From: Candidatus Eiseniibacteriota bacterium
Lineage (GTDB): Bacteria > Eisenbacteria > RBG-16-71-46 > CAIMUX01 > VGJL01
NCBI GenBank assembly: GCA_041946735.1
Contig: JBHGAY010000026.1
Location: 1 to 64,000 of the forward strand
DNA: 64,000 bases
Reading direction: 5' to 3'
Under the pieces are notes generated by a model. It was not told the DNA's origin. It worked only from the letters and a program-made list of their open reading frames with translations, and did no database searches. Position numbers and translations under genes: made by a program. Numbering within the stretch: position 1 is the stretch's first letter; each line of letters begins with the position of its first letter. Below are positions 47,808 to 57,136 of this stretch, in pieces.

Positions 47808-49178
47808 ATGGCGCGCATGTGGGACATCGGGCGGCCGCAAGGCCGTGCACGTTCCCCGGAGCTGTTGTGGCGCTCGGTCGCCACTCTCCGGCGCCTGTCG
47901 CGCCTGTCGCTCCTGTCGCTTCCGCCTCTTCCGCTCCTGCTCACCGTCTCGCTTCTGGCGGTCTCATTCGCCGTCCCTTTCACCGTCCCGTTCGCGTTCG
48001 CCCAGGCGCCGGCCTCCCCCGACAGCGCCTCGTCCCCGGCGGCCTCTGCCGTTCGCCCGCAGCCCCCTGGCGATCTTCGCGTCCTCGATCAGCCCAACGA
48101 CAACGGGCATGGCGTGGTCGCCCAGTGGTCCCTCTCACCGGATGATGCGAGCCTGCTCGGATATCAGATCTATCGAGCGTCGTCGGCCGACAGTCCCGAA
48201 GCGGACTGGTTCCCTGTGGGGACCGCCGCCCGAGGCACGACCACCTACACCTATCACGACAAGGAGAAGAGCTTCGAGGGCAAGCCCAACCGGCTCTTCG
48301 TCGCCGTCGGGCAGCCGGTGCATCTCAAGGTTCGCGCGCTGGGCGCCGGCGGAGAGGTGTCGGCGTTCACCTCCCCGGCGACCGGGGTGCCGCGCGGCAA
48401 CTGGTTCCACAAAGGGAAGCTCGTCATCGCGATCGCGGTCCTCCTCTTCGGCGCCGCGGTGGTGTACTACATCGCGTCGGCCCGCAAGGGGAAGGAGCTG
48501 TACGTCCGGCCGATCCCGGGGCTCGGAGCGGTGGACGAAGCGATCGGCCGGGCGACCGAGATGGGCAAGCCGATCCTCTTCGTGCTGGGGACCGGCACGG
48601 CGGGCGACATCGCGACGATCGCCGGCTACACGATCCTGGCGCGCGTGGCGAAGCGGACGGCCGAGTACCAGACGCCGATCCTCGTCCCCGTCAACGACCC
48701 GGTCATGATGGCGATGGGCCAGGAAGTGGTGCGCGAAGCGTATCTGCAGGCGGGCCGCCCCGAGGTGTACCGTCCCGAGAATGTCTTCTACATCTCGGCG
48801 ATGCAGTTTCCCTACGTCGCCGCAGTGAACGGCTTGATGCTGCGCGAGAAGACGGCGACGAACTTCTACATGGGGGTGTTCGCGGCGGAGAGCCTGCTGC
48901 TCGCGGAGGCGGGCAGCGCGACCGGCTCGATCCAGATCTCCGGGACGGACCAGGTCCCGCAGATCCCGTTCTTCGTCGCCGCAACCGACTACACGCTGAT
49001 CGGCGAGGAGCTGTACGCCGCTTCGGCCTATCTCTCCCAGGAGCCGTCGCTCCTCGGTCCCCTGAAGGCGCAGGACTACACGAAGATCGTCATCATCCTT
49101 GTGATCCTCAGCGGCGTGCTCGCCCTCTCCCTGTTTCACTGGGACGGGATCGTCCGCCTCGTGACGACGAGCGTATAA
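47808..49178 (+). CDS. FN3 domain + DUF6754-like membrane protein
   Basis: Signal peptide, FN3-like region (DQPNDNG...W...GYQIYR), TM, RPIPGLGAVDEAIGRATEMGKP ... QIPFFVAATDYTLIGEELYAASAYL, final TM. Start uncertain. Confidence 0.8.
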   Translation: MARMWDIGRPQGRARSPELLWRSVATLRRLSRLSLLSLPPLPLLLTVSLLAVSFAVPFTVPFAFAQAPASPDSASSPAASAVRPQPPGDLRVLDQPNDNGHGVVAQWSLSPDDASLLGYQIYRASSADSPEADWFPVGTAARGTTTYTYHDKEKSFEGKPNRLFVAVGQPVHLKVRALGAGGEVSAFTSPATGVPRGNWFHKGKLVIAIAVLLFGAAVVYYIASARKGKELYVRPIPGLGAVDEAIGRATEMGKPILFVLGTGTAGDIATIAGYTILARVAKRTAEYQTPILVPVNDPVMMAMGQEVVREAYLQAGRPEVYRPENVFYISAMQFPYVAAVNGLMLREKTATNFYMGVFAAESLLLAEAGSATGSIQISGTDQVPQIPFFVAATDYTLIGEELYAASAYLSQEPSLLGPLKAQDYTKIVIILVILSGVLALSLFHWDGIVRLVTTSV

Positions 49179-49203
49179 GGGGTTCGGGCATGAAGGGCCA
49201 GGC

Positions 49204-49830
49204 ATGAGAAGGCAGATCCCGATCGTCATCGTCTTCGTGACCGGCCTGCTCATGGTCATCCAGTACTTCGTGCCGCACGAGGCGTCGGAGTTCGTCTTCA
49301 CCTACGCGAACGACTTCGTGATCGTCATTGGGATCCTGGCGCTCCCGCTCGGGATCTACTCGTTGATGAACGCGACGGTGCGCCGCGCGCGCCGGGATCC
49401 AAAGGAGCGGTTCTTCTCGTTGACGACGATCGTCGGTTTCGCGGTGATGGTCTTCGCGGGGATCAGCCGCACGAGCTTCACGACCCCCGGCACGCTCGCC
49501 TCGAACCTGTTCCAGAACGTCGTCGTCCCGTGCCAGGCGACCCTCTTCTCGATGCTCGCCTTCTACATTGCGAGCGCCGCCTACCGCGCCTTCCGCGTCC
49601 GGACCTGGCTCGCTTCCATTCTCCTCGTGACGGCGTTCCTGATCATGCTGCGGATCGTCCCGCTTCCCGCTCCGCTGTCGGACTGGAACAGCGCCCTCGT
49701 CCGGTGGATTCTGGCCGTTCCGAACATGGCGGCGAAGCGCGCGATCATCATGGGAGTCGCCCTGGGTGCAATCGCCTATAGCATGAAGATCCTGCTCGGT
49801 ATTGAACGCGGCTACATGGGGAAGGGATAG
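49204..49830 (+). CDS. Uncharacterised polytopic membrane protein
   Basis: About 6 hydrophobic segments; ATLFSMLAFYIASAAYRAFR; KILLGIER near the C-terminus. Confidence 0.88.
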   Translation: MRRQIPIVIVFVTGLLMVIQYFVPHEASEFVFTYANDFVIVIGILALPLGIYSLMNATVRRARRDPKERFFSLTTIVGFAVMVFAGISRTSFTTPGTLASNLFQNVVVPCQATLFSMLAFYIASAAYRAFRVRTWLASILLVTAFLIMLRIVPLPAPLSDWNSALVRWILAVPNMAAKRAIIMGVALGAIAYSMKILLGIERGYMGKG

Positions 49831-49835
49831 CGGAG

Positions 49836-50714
49836 ATGGCGGCGAGCGGGATCGGAGCCCAGGGGACGATCGGTCGGCGGTGGTACGACCGCCTGCTCAC
49901 CATCGACCGGCGGTGGATCTACCTGGTGATGGCGATCGGCGTGATCATTCCCGCCGTCTTCGGCTTCCAGGTTCCCGTCAGCGTCTCGGCCGAGGTCCGG
50001 AGCGTCCACGACTTCGTCGAGGGCCTCCAACCGGGCGACGCAATCCTGCTCGCGATCGACTACGACCCCTCGACGCTCGCCGAGCTCCACCCGATGGCCG
50101 AGGCGATCCTGAACCAGGCATTCCAGCGAGGGGCCCGCGTCGTCATCACCACCCTGTCGCAGTTCGGCCCGGCGATGGCCGATGAGCTGATCAAGCGCGT
50201 CGCCGCCGCGAACGGCAAGCAGTCCGGCATCGACTACACCTTCCTTGGCTACAAGCCGTATCCGGCGATCACGATCCTCGCGATGGGGACCGATTTCCGC
50301 GTCCCGTTCCCGACCGATTACTACGGGACGGCGGTCGACCAGATCCCGATGATGCGGGACATCCACAACTACGGCGATCTGCGCGGCGTGATCTCGCTGG
50401 CGGGAGGCAACGTCGCGGACATGTGGATCCAGTACGGCAACGCGAAGTACGGCGTGCCGGTCGCGCTCGGCGTGACCGGAGTGATGGCGGCCGACTACTA
50501 CCCGTACCTCCAGTCTCGTCAGATCTTCGGGCTGATCCCCGGAGTGAAAGGGGCGGCCGAGTACGAGCAGCTCGAGGGCACGCGCGGCCAGGGCTCGCGA
50601 GGCATGCCGTACCAGGTGATGACGCACGTCCTGATCCTGGCGTTCATGGTCGTGACAAACGTCGCTTACGTCGCCCAGCGGCGCGCGCGGATGCGCGGCG
50701 CGCCGGGAAAGTAG
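49836..50714 (+). CDS. Uncharacterised two-TM protein with a large soluble domain
   Basis: TMs at both ends; DYDPSTLAELHPM, FLGYKP, YPYLQSRQIFGLIPGVKGAAEYE. Confidence 0.88.
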   Translation: MAASGIGAQGTIGRRWYDRLLTIDRRWIYLVMAIGVIIPAVFGFQVPVSVSAEVRSVHDFVEGLQPGDAILLAIDYDPSTLAELHPMAEAILNQAFQRGARVVITTLSQFGPAMADELIKRVAAANGKQSGIDYTFLGYKPYPAITILAMGTDFRVPFPTDYYGTAVDQIPMMRDIHNYGDLRGVISLAGGNVADMWIQYGNAKYGVPVALGVTGVMAADYYPYLQSRQIFGLIPGVKGAAEYEQLEGTRGQGSRGMPYQVMTHVLILAFMVVTNVAYVAQRRARMRGAPGK

Positions 50715-50727
50715 CGGAGAGAACCGG

Positions 50728-51363
50728 ATGGAGCCGACCTGGGGAGTTCTCGGATGGCAGGGGCTCGCGGGGCTACTCACCCTCGCGATCTTCTCGTTCC
50801 TGCTGGGAGACAATCCGGTCTACAAGTTCGCGGAGCGGCTTTGGGTCGGCGTGTCGACCGGCTACTGGACGATGCTCCTCTACCACCAGGGCTTCCGGGA
50901 CAAGGTGATCCTGCCGATCTTCCAGAAAGGCCAATGGTACTACCTGATCCCGGTCGCGCTCGGGATCCTCATGTGGTTCCGCCTTTCCCCGAAGCTCAGC
51001 TACCTCAGCCGCTACGCGCTCGGCTTCTACATCGGGATCTCCACCGGGATCTTCATCCCGCTCGCCTTCCGCACGGCGATCTTCCTGCAGGTCCAGGGGA
51101 CGCTCCGCCCGCTCGAAGCGACCTGGGCCGGAGTCAACTTCGTTCTCGCGTTGGTCGGGGTGATCTGCAGCCTGAGCTACTTCTTCTTCTCCAGACCGCA
51201 TACTGGAGTGCTCGGCGTGGCGTCGAGGATCGGGATCTATACATTGATGGTCGGCTTCGGCGCTGGATTCGGATTGACCGTCATGGGACGCGTCGCCCTG
51301 CTCGTCCAGCGCGTCCTCTTCCTCAGGGACTATCTGACGACGTTGTCCGGCCGGCTGCTCTAG
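50728..51363 (+). CDS. Uncharacterised polytopic membrane protein
   Basis: About 6 TMs; DNPVYKFAERLWVGVSTG, LSYFFFS, MVGFGAGFGLTVMGR. Confidence 0.88.
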   Translation: MEPTWGVLGWQGLAGLLTLAIFSFLLGDNPVYKFAERLWVGVSTGYWTMLLYHQGFRDKVILPIFQKGQWYYLIPVALGILMWFRLSPKLSYLSRYALGFYIGISTGIFIPLAFRTAIFLQVQGTLRPLEATWAGVNFVLALVGVICSLSYFFFSRPHTGVLGVASRIGIYTLMVGFGAGFGLTVMGRVALLVQRVLFLRDYLTTLSGRLL

Positions 51364-51393
51364 CGCCGCCTCCTCAGGACAACGCCGCCCCGG

Positions 51394-53835
51394 TCACCCC
51401 GTCCGAAGTCCGATCCTCTCGAGAAGCACGTTCCAGCGTGGATCGTCGTGGAGCCGGACGAGGAACGGATCCACGTGGACACGGGAGAGGGAAGGATCGC
51501 GCAGCGCCAAGGCCCTTTCGAGCCAGGCGAAGGCGAGGTCGGGCTCGCCGCGCCACGCGCGCACCTGAGCACAGGTGACCGGGTCCTGGGCGCCCTTCTG
51601 ACGTTCGCACTGCTCGGCTGCGGCGGTCGAGGCGACCGCCTGACCCTCCGAGTGCCGCAGCATCGCTTCGAGCCATGAGCCGTCCGCCTCGGAAAGGCTG
51701 TTGAGGGCTTCGCCCTTTCCATACAGGGCTCGAGCCTCCTCCGTCCTGCCTCGTAGCATCTCGAGAGATCCGAGCGAGCGATAGACCGGTCCGTAGTCGG
51801 AGTTGAGCTCGACGAGCCTGCGGAACTGCCCCTCCGCCGACTCGAGCCGGCCGGCCGCCATGTAGGCCAGGCCGACGTTGAACAACAGCAGGATGTTGAG
51901 CGGATCGGATTGTTGCGCCCGCAAGCCGAGCGCGATCGCCTCCTCGAATCTCCCGAGCGCCGCGTACTGGGAAGATGCGTTGCCCAGGACGATCGGGTTC
52001 TTCGGGTCCGCCGCCAGCGCCTTTTCCGTCGACAGCGCAGCTCCTGCGAAGTCCCAGCAGTCTCGCTGGACGCTGGCCATCCTCGAATGCGCCACGGCCA
52101 TGTTCGGATCGATCTCGAGCGCCCTCGCCAGCGTCCGGCGGCGCTGTTCCAGGATCCGCTGCTTGTCCTCGACTCTCGTCGCCCTTTCGTACTCCCGCGA
52201 ATGGACGAGCGACATCTCGGCCCAGGCCGGCGCGTACTCCGGACAGACCTGAAGGGCTCGCTCCAGCATTGCGCGTCCCCGCCGGATCGCCTCCTCGTGT
52301 CTGGCCTGCAGGACGAAGCGGGCCTGCAGCACCAGGTCGAACGCGTCGACGTTCGGCATCCCGCCGGGGGCGCTCCTGCCGAGCAGGGTGACCTGCAGCT
52401 CCTGCGCCACGGACTTCGCGATGTCGTCCTGCACGGCGAAGATATCGTCCAGGGTGCGGTCGTATGTCTCGGACCACAGGTGGAAGCCGTCCTCCGTGTT
52501 CACGAGCTGCGCCGTGATGCGAACCCGATTGCCCGCCTTGCGCACGCTACCCTCGAGGATGTTCGCGACTCCGAGCTGGCGACCGATGACTCGCAAGTCC
52601 TCGTTCTTTCCCTTGAAGGAGAACGAAGAGGTGCGGCCGGTCACCTTGAGCTCCCGGATCTTCGTCAGTGCGCTCAGCAGCTCCTCCGTCAACCCGTCCG
52701 AGAAGTACTCCTGCTCGGGATCGCTGCTCATGTTCGCGAACGGCAGGACGGCGAGCGAGTTCGTCTCCGTGAAGGAGCGTCCCCCGCCGCCCATCGAGGG
52801 CAAGCCGGCCATGCTCCGCGCCTGCGCGTGCGCCGGCGCCGGCGCGGCGACGGGCGACGCCGGCGCGGCGGCGGGCAGCGCTGGCGCGGCGGCGGGCGCC
52901 ACGACCCCCACTTCGGAAGTGTCGGACTCCATCTCCTTACGAAGCGCCCGCAGCTCGTCGAAAACCTCGCGAGCGGTGGGATAGCGATCGCGCGGGTCCT
53001 TCTGGAGGCAACGATCGAGGATGCGCCCCAGGTGCCGAGGGGCATCGTTGCGCGCATCGGTCAACGGCGGCGGCGGATCGCGCAGAATCGCCGAGATCGT
53101 CTCGGCGTTGTTCCGTCCGACGAACGGCCGCCGTCCCGTCGCCATCTCGTAGAGGAGGACCCCGAGCGAGAAGATGTCGCTCCGGGCATCGATCGCCTCC
53201 CCTCCGACCTGCTCGGGAGACATGTACGGGACCGTTCCCACGACCATGCCCGCAACGGTGAGCGTGTCTTCCGGGTCGGTCAGCTGCGTCGGTCCGGCCG
53301 TCGTCTCTCGCGCCGCGCCGCCGAAGTCCGCGCCGTCGCCAGCCGCTCGCGGATTGGAGATGAGCTTGGCCAGCCCGAAGTCCAGCACCTTGATCCGGCC
53401 CGCCGCGGTGATCATCACGTTCGCCGGCTTCAGGTCACGGTGGACGATCCCCTTCTCGTGAGCTGCCGAGAGCGCGTCGGCGAGCGCGATGCTCACCTCG
53501 AACAGCCGCGAAAGAGGCAAGCCCCCCGGCGGCAGCTCGTGGTTCAGGCTCACGCCCTCGACCAGCTCCATCGTCAGGAAGTGCTGGTCCCCCTCCTGCT
53601 CGATGGAATGGATCGTCACGATGTTGGGATGGTTCAGCGCGGCGACCGCCTTCGCCTCGCGCCGGAACCGTTCCAGCCGGCCGGAGTCCGACGCCATGGC
53701 CGGCGGGAGGACCTTCAACGCCACCCTGCGCTCGAGCCTCGTGTCCTCCGCGAGGTACACGGCTCCCATGCCCCCCTGACCGATCAAGCGATCGATCCTG
53801 TAGTGACCCAGACGGTGCCCGGTTTCGAGGGTCAT
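51394..53835 (-). CDS. Hanks-type Ser/Thr kinase with TolB-like and TPR domains
   Basis: GQGGMG, VALK, HRDLKPAN, DFG, GTVPYMSPEQ; LAVLPFANMSSDPEQEYFSDG; TPR tail; GGAGG RBS. Confidence 0.93.
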   Translation of the reverse strand: MTLETGHRLGHYRIDRLIGQGGMGAVYLAEDTRLERRVALKVLPPAMASDSGRLERFRREAKAVAALNHPNIVTIHSIEQEGDQHFLTMELVEGVSLNHELPPGGLPLSRLFEVSIALADALSAAHEKGIVHRDLKPANVMITAAGRIKVLDFGLAKLISNPRAAGDGADFGGAARETTAGPTQLTDPEDTLTVAGMVVGTVPYMSPEQVGGEAIDARSDIFSLGVLLYEMATGRRPFVGRNNAETISAILRDPPPPLTDARNDAPRHLGRILDRCLQKDPRDRYPTAREVFDELRALRKEMESDTSEVGVVAPAAAPALPAAAPASPVAAPAPAHAQARSMAGLPSMGGGGRSFTETNSLAVLPFANMSSDPEQEYFSDGLTEELLSALTKIRELKVTGRTSSFSFKGKNEDLRVIGRQLGVANILEGSVRKAGNRVRITAQLVNTEDGFHLWSETYDRTLDDIFAVQDDIAKSVAQELQVTLLGRSAPGGMPNVDAFDLVLQARFVLQARHEEAIRRGRAMLERALQVCPEYAPAWAEMSLVHSREYERATRVEDKQRILEQRRRTLARALEIDPNMAVAHSRMASVQRDCWDFAGAALSTEKALAADPKNPIVLGNASSQYAALGRFEEAIALGLRAQQSDPLNILLLFNVGLAYMAAGRLESAEGQFRRLVELNSDYGPVYRSLGSLEMLRGRTEEARALYGKGEALNSLSEADGSWLEAMLRHSEGQAVASTAAAEQCERQKGAQDPVTCAQVRAWRGEPDLAFAWLERALALRDPSLSRVHVDPFLVRLHDDPRWNVLLERIGLRTG

Positions 53836-54071
53836 GGTCCTCCCGGCCGGCGATCGACGCCCAGAGCGAAGCGAACGGTTCCCTGGTCCGCTCGTCGGTG
53901 CGCGACAAGCCCGTCCGCACGAACGCGTCAGTATAAGCGCGTCAGTATAGAGGAGGAGCGGGTCGAAGTCTGCGGAGATTGCGGCCCCCTCCGAACGAGT
54001 CCCGCCGCGCGCAAGTCCACCTGACGCGCCGTTCATGTCCACACTGTAACGCGTATCACTTGTACATACGA

Positions 54072-54101
54072 TTGACGGTGCCGCTGCGCCGGTTGTATAG
54101 T
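54072..54101 (+). promoter_or_regulatory. Putative sigma70 promoter of the 54238 gene
   Basis: TTGACG-18 nt-TATAGT in an AT-rich gap. Confidence 0.5.
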
Positions 54102-54237
54102 TCTGCCGTCCTCTTCCCATTTCCTGCCTCGAAGATCCTCCTCCATTCACGACGATGGAAGGATCCCGAGTCCTGAGCCGCTCCGAATGTGCACGCCCCG
54201 GCCGCTGCGCCGCAGGGTTGCACGCTAGGGAGGAACG

Positions 54238-56010
54238 ATGAGATCCAATCGCGGAGCCGGGCGGCTCTATGCCGCGTCGGCCCTCGCCCTCGTGCTTCTG
54301 ATGATCCTCTCCCCGTCCTTCTCTCTCGCCAGGACCGCTCCCCCGCCGAGGCCGACCGGCACGAACTACACGCCGCTCCGCGGGGGAATCGCCACGCCGA
54401 CGACCAACGTCACGGAACTCCTCCAGTGCCTGCTCGGCCCCGACATCGTCGTCGAGAACGCAGTCCTCTCCGCGGCGCCGGATGCGGCCGGCACCTTCGT
54501 GAACGCGCTGGGCGTCATCGGATTCGATCAAGGGATCCTGCTGAGCTCCGGCGACGTGCGGACGCTCAACGGTCCCAACAGCGGAGACGCGACCTCGACC
54601 ATCAGCGCCACGCCGGGCGATCCGGACCTCGACGGTCTGATCCCGGGATACACGACCTTCGACGCGGCGATCCTGGAGTTCGACTTCACCTGCGACTCGG
54701 TCCAGGAGGTCGTCTTCCAGTACGTGTTCGGATCCGAGGAGTACAACGAGTACGTGGATTCCCCGTTCAACGACGTCTTCGGCTTCTTCCTGAACGGCGT
54801 GAACATCGCGGTCGCGCCGCTAGGTTGCAGCGACGCCGGCTCGCCGGTCTCGATCAATCACCTGAACTGCGGGAATCCCTACGTGGGAGCCGGACCGAAC
54901 TGCGACTGCTTCCGCAGCAACGACCTGGATGACGGAGGCGGGATGATCGACACGGAGCTGGATGGACTGACCCAGGTCTTCTTCGCGACCGGCACGATCC
55001 AGCCCGGCACGAACCACATCAAGATCGCGATCGCCGACGCCGGAGACCAGGTCCTCGATTCCGACGTCATGATCCGCTGCCAGAGCTTCACGTGCGGAGG
55101 GGCGCCGGTCACCGGCGCCTGCTGCCTGCCTCTGGGCGAATGCGTGACCTTGACGGCACCCGACTGCGCTGCCAACGGGGGAACGTATGAGGGGGACTAT
55201 CAGCCGTGCGTCCCCAATCTGTGCGGCAGCGGCTTCGGCGCCTGCTGCTTCGCCGACCAGTCGTGCGAGGTGGAGGATCCCGATTCCTGCGCCGGCAACG
55301 GCGGAAGCTATGAGGGCGACGGAATCCCCTGCTCTCCGAATCCTTGCGGGGCCGCAACGGGCGCCTGCTGCTATGGCGACGCGCTCTGCGAGCTGACCGA
55401 TCCGTTCCATTGCCTGGGCCAGTACATGGGGGACTGGACGGTCTGCGATCCTGCGCTCTGCATCGATCTCACCGGCGCCTGCTGCGCGGACGCAGCGGTC
55501 TGCGAGCTGCAGACGCTCGCCCACTGCGGAGACGTCTTCCTGGGAGTCGGAACCGTTTGCGAACCGAATCCCTGCGAGGCGATCGTCGGCGCCTGCTGCC
55601 ACGACAACGGCTTCTGCCAGATCACGCTCGAAGTCGATTGCGGTGACACGTACATGGGAGACCGGACGGTTTGCGATCCCAACCCATGCATCCCTTCGGC
55701 TGGCGTGGAGAGCCCTGAGGGGGCCGCAAACGGCGGTCTCTTCCTCGGAACCCCGTCTCCGACGCCGGCTGCCGGGCAGGTCGAGATCACGTGGTCGCTT
55801 CCGCATGCGGGGCCGATGAGCCTGACCCTTTGGGACGCGCAGGGCCGCCGCCTGTCGACGCTCGCACAGACCGAGGCGGGCGTTGGCCTCACGACCCGCG
55901 CGTTCGCGCTCGTCGACGAGAGCGGGCGGAGGCTGCCGTCCGGAGTGTACTGGCTGCGGCTCGAAGCGGGCAGCGATCGCGCCGTGCAGAAGCTGATCGT
56001 TTCGAACTGA
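54238..56010 (+). CDS. Secreted choice-of-anchor L domain protein with five GACC Cys-rich repeats and a T9SS-like tail
   Basis: GILLSSG, DAAILEFDF, FGSEEYNEYV...FNDVFGFF, IKIAIADAGD; 5x GACC...C..NPC-like repeats; tail RRLPSGVYWLRL. Confidence 0.88.
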   Translation: MRSNRGAGRLYAASALALVLLMILSPSFSLARTAPPPRPTGTNYTPLRGGIATPTTNVTELLQCLLGPDIVVENAVLSAAPDAAGTFVNALGVIGFDQGILLSSGDVRTLNGPNSGDATSTISATPGDPDLDGLIPGYTTFDAAILEFDFTCDSVQEVVFQYVFGSEEYNEYVDSPFNDVFGFFLNGVNIAVAPLGCSDAGSPVSINHLNCGNPYVGAGPNCDCFRSNDLDDGGGMIDTELDGLTQVFFATGTIQPGTNHIKIAIADAGDQVLDSDVMIRCQSFTCGGAPVTGACCLPLGECVTLTAPDCAANGGTYEGDYQPCVPNLCGSGFGACCFADQSCEVEDPDSCAGNGGSYEGDGIPCSPNPCGAATGACCYGDALCELTDPFHCLGQYMGDWTVCDPALCIDLTGACCADAAVCELQTLAHCGDVFLGVGTVCEPNPCEAIVGACCHDNGFCQITLEVDCGDTYMGDRTVCDPNPCIPSAGVESPEGAANGGLFLGTPSPTPAAGQVEITWSLPHAGPMSLTLWDAQGRRLSTLAQTEAGVGLTTRAFALVDESGRRLPSGVYWLRLEAGSDRAVQKLIVSN

Positions 56011-56055
56011 GCAGGCGAGCGCGGCAGAGGTCTTCGCGGGCCGGCGGATCCGCGA

Positions 56056-56631
56056 TCAAGCGTGTCGCGAGCCGGCCCGCACGCCGCGAAGCCAGCGCAC
56101 GGCGAGAACGAGCGTGAGGACGAGGAGTCCCACGACGAGCAGCGGCACGACGACCGCCAGGAGGAACGTCGCGACCGAAACCACATCCTCGAGGATGCTG
56201 AGGATCGGGTTGGCGATCCCTCCGGTCGTCGCGGTCGACCCCGCGCGCACCGCCGCCTTGGCGGCGTGGGGCACGAGCGCCGTCGGCGCGCCGATCACGA
56301 CCCCGAGGATGCCTGCCGTCAGCGGATCGACGACCACGCCGAGCGCGGATGCGGCGAGGAGCGCCCCGGCGGCCGGCCGCAGAAACGTCCCCGCGACGTC
56401 GAGCACGTGATCGACGGCCGGGATCTTGTCCCCGATCACCTCGATGGCCGTCGCCACCCCGAACAGGACGAGCGCCTTGGTGGAGGCGAGGAACTCAAAC
56501 GAAGGCCCAAGATCCAGGATCCCCGCCCGGGCCATGACGCCCGCGAGGAGAAGCGGCAGCCAGGCCCGAAGCCCCGCGGAGGCGGCAAGGGCGATGGCGA
56601 GGATCAGCGCGGGCAGCAGTTCGAGAAGCAT
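56056..56631 (-). CDS. DUF4126 family membrane protein
   Basis: ASAGLRAWLPLL, EVIGDKIPAVDHVLD, RPAAGA, NPILSILED. Confidence 0.88.
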   Translation of the reverse strand: MLLELLPALILAIALAASAGLRAWLPLLLAGVMARAGILDLGPSFEFLASTKALVLFGVATAIEVIGDKIPAVDHVLDVAGTFLRPAAGALLAASALGVVVDPLTAGILGVVIGAPTALVPHAAKAAVRAGSTATTGGIANPILSILEDVVSVATFLLAVVVPLLVVGLLVLTLVLAVRWLRGVRAGSRHA

Positions 56632-56754
56632 CGCCGCCCATTATCCGACGAACGGGCGCGCCCCGACAACGGTGGGGTAGACTCGTCCCCGTGGCCGGCT
56701 CCCCCGCTCGCTCCGACCGGGTGAGCGCCGCCGGCCCACGGAAGGAGGAGTTCT

Positions 56755-57129
56755 GTGCGATCGACGACCCTCTTCGCTCTCGTCTTGCTGGTCGGCCTCA
56801 CCGTGTCGGACGCGTCCGCCGGCCGCATCTTTGGCGACATCAAGCTCGACGGCAAGCCCGTGCCTGCCGGCATCCCGCTCAGGATCGACCGCCTCGTTCC
56901 CTCGAAGGCGGCGGGAGACACCTCGCTCGCCGCTGTCCCGGCGGACTCCACGGTCACCGACAAGGTCGGTTCGTACAAGCTCAACGTCGCCGGAGAGGGC
57001 AAGTGCCTCCTGACCCTCCTGTACGAGAAGCACGAGGTGTCGCTCGAGGTGTTCTCGTACAAGGAGGCGACCCGCTACGACCTGGTCCTGGAGAAGAAGG
57101 ACGGCGTCCTCTCGCTCCGGCGGAAGTGA
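56755..57129 (+). CDS. Small secreted beta-sandwich hypothetical protein
   Basis: GTG start after AGGAGG; signal peptide ending ASA/G; TDKVGSYKL resembles a transthyretin/CnaB-like strand. Confidence 0.75.
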   Translation: MRSTTLFALVLLVGLTVSDASAGRIFGDIKLDGKPVPAGIPLRIDRLVPSKAAGDTSLAAVPADSTVTDKVGSYKLNVAGEGKCLLTLLYEKHEVSLEVFSYKEATRYDLVLEKKDGVLSLRRK

Positions 57130-57136
57130 GCGCAAG

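Noticed and set aside
53836..54531. Long N-terminal extension of the Ser/Thr kinase
   Set aside because: Overlaps the divergent gene and its promoter; the RBS supports the ATG at 53835.
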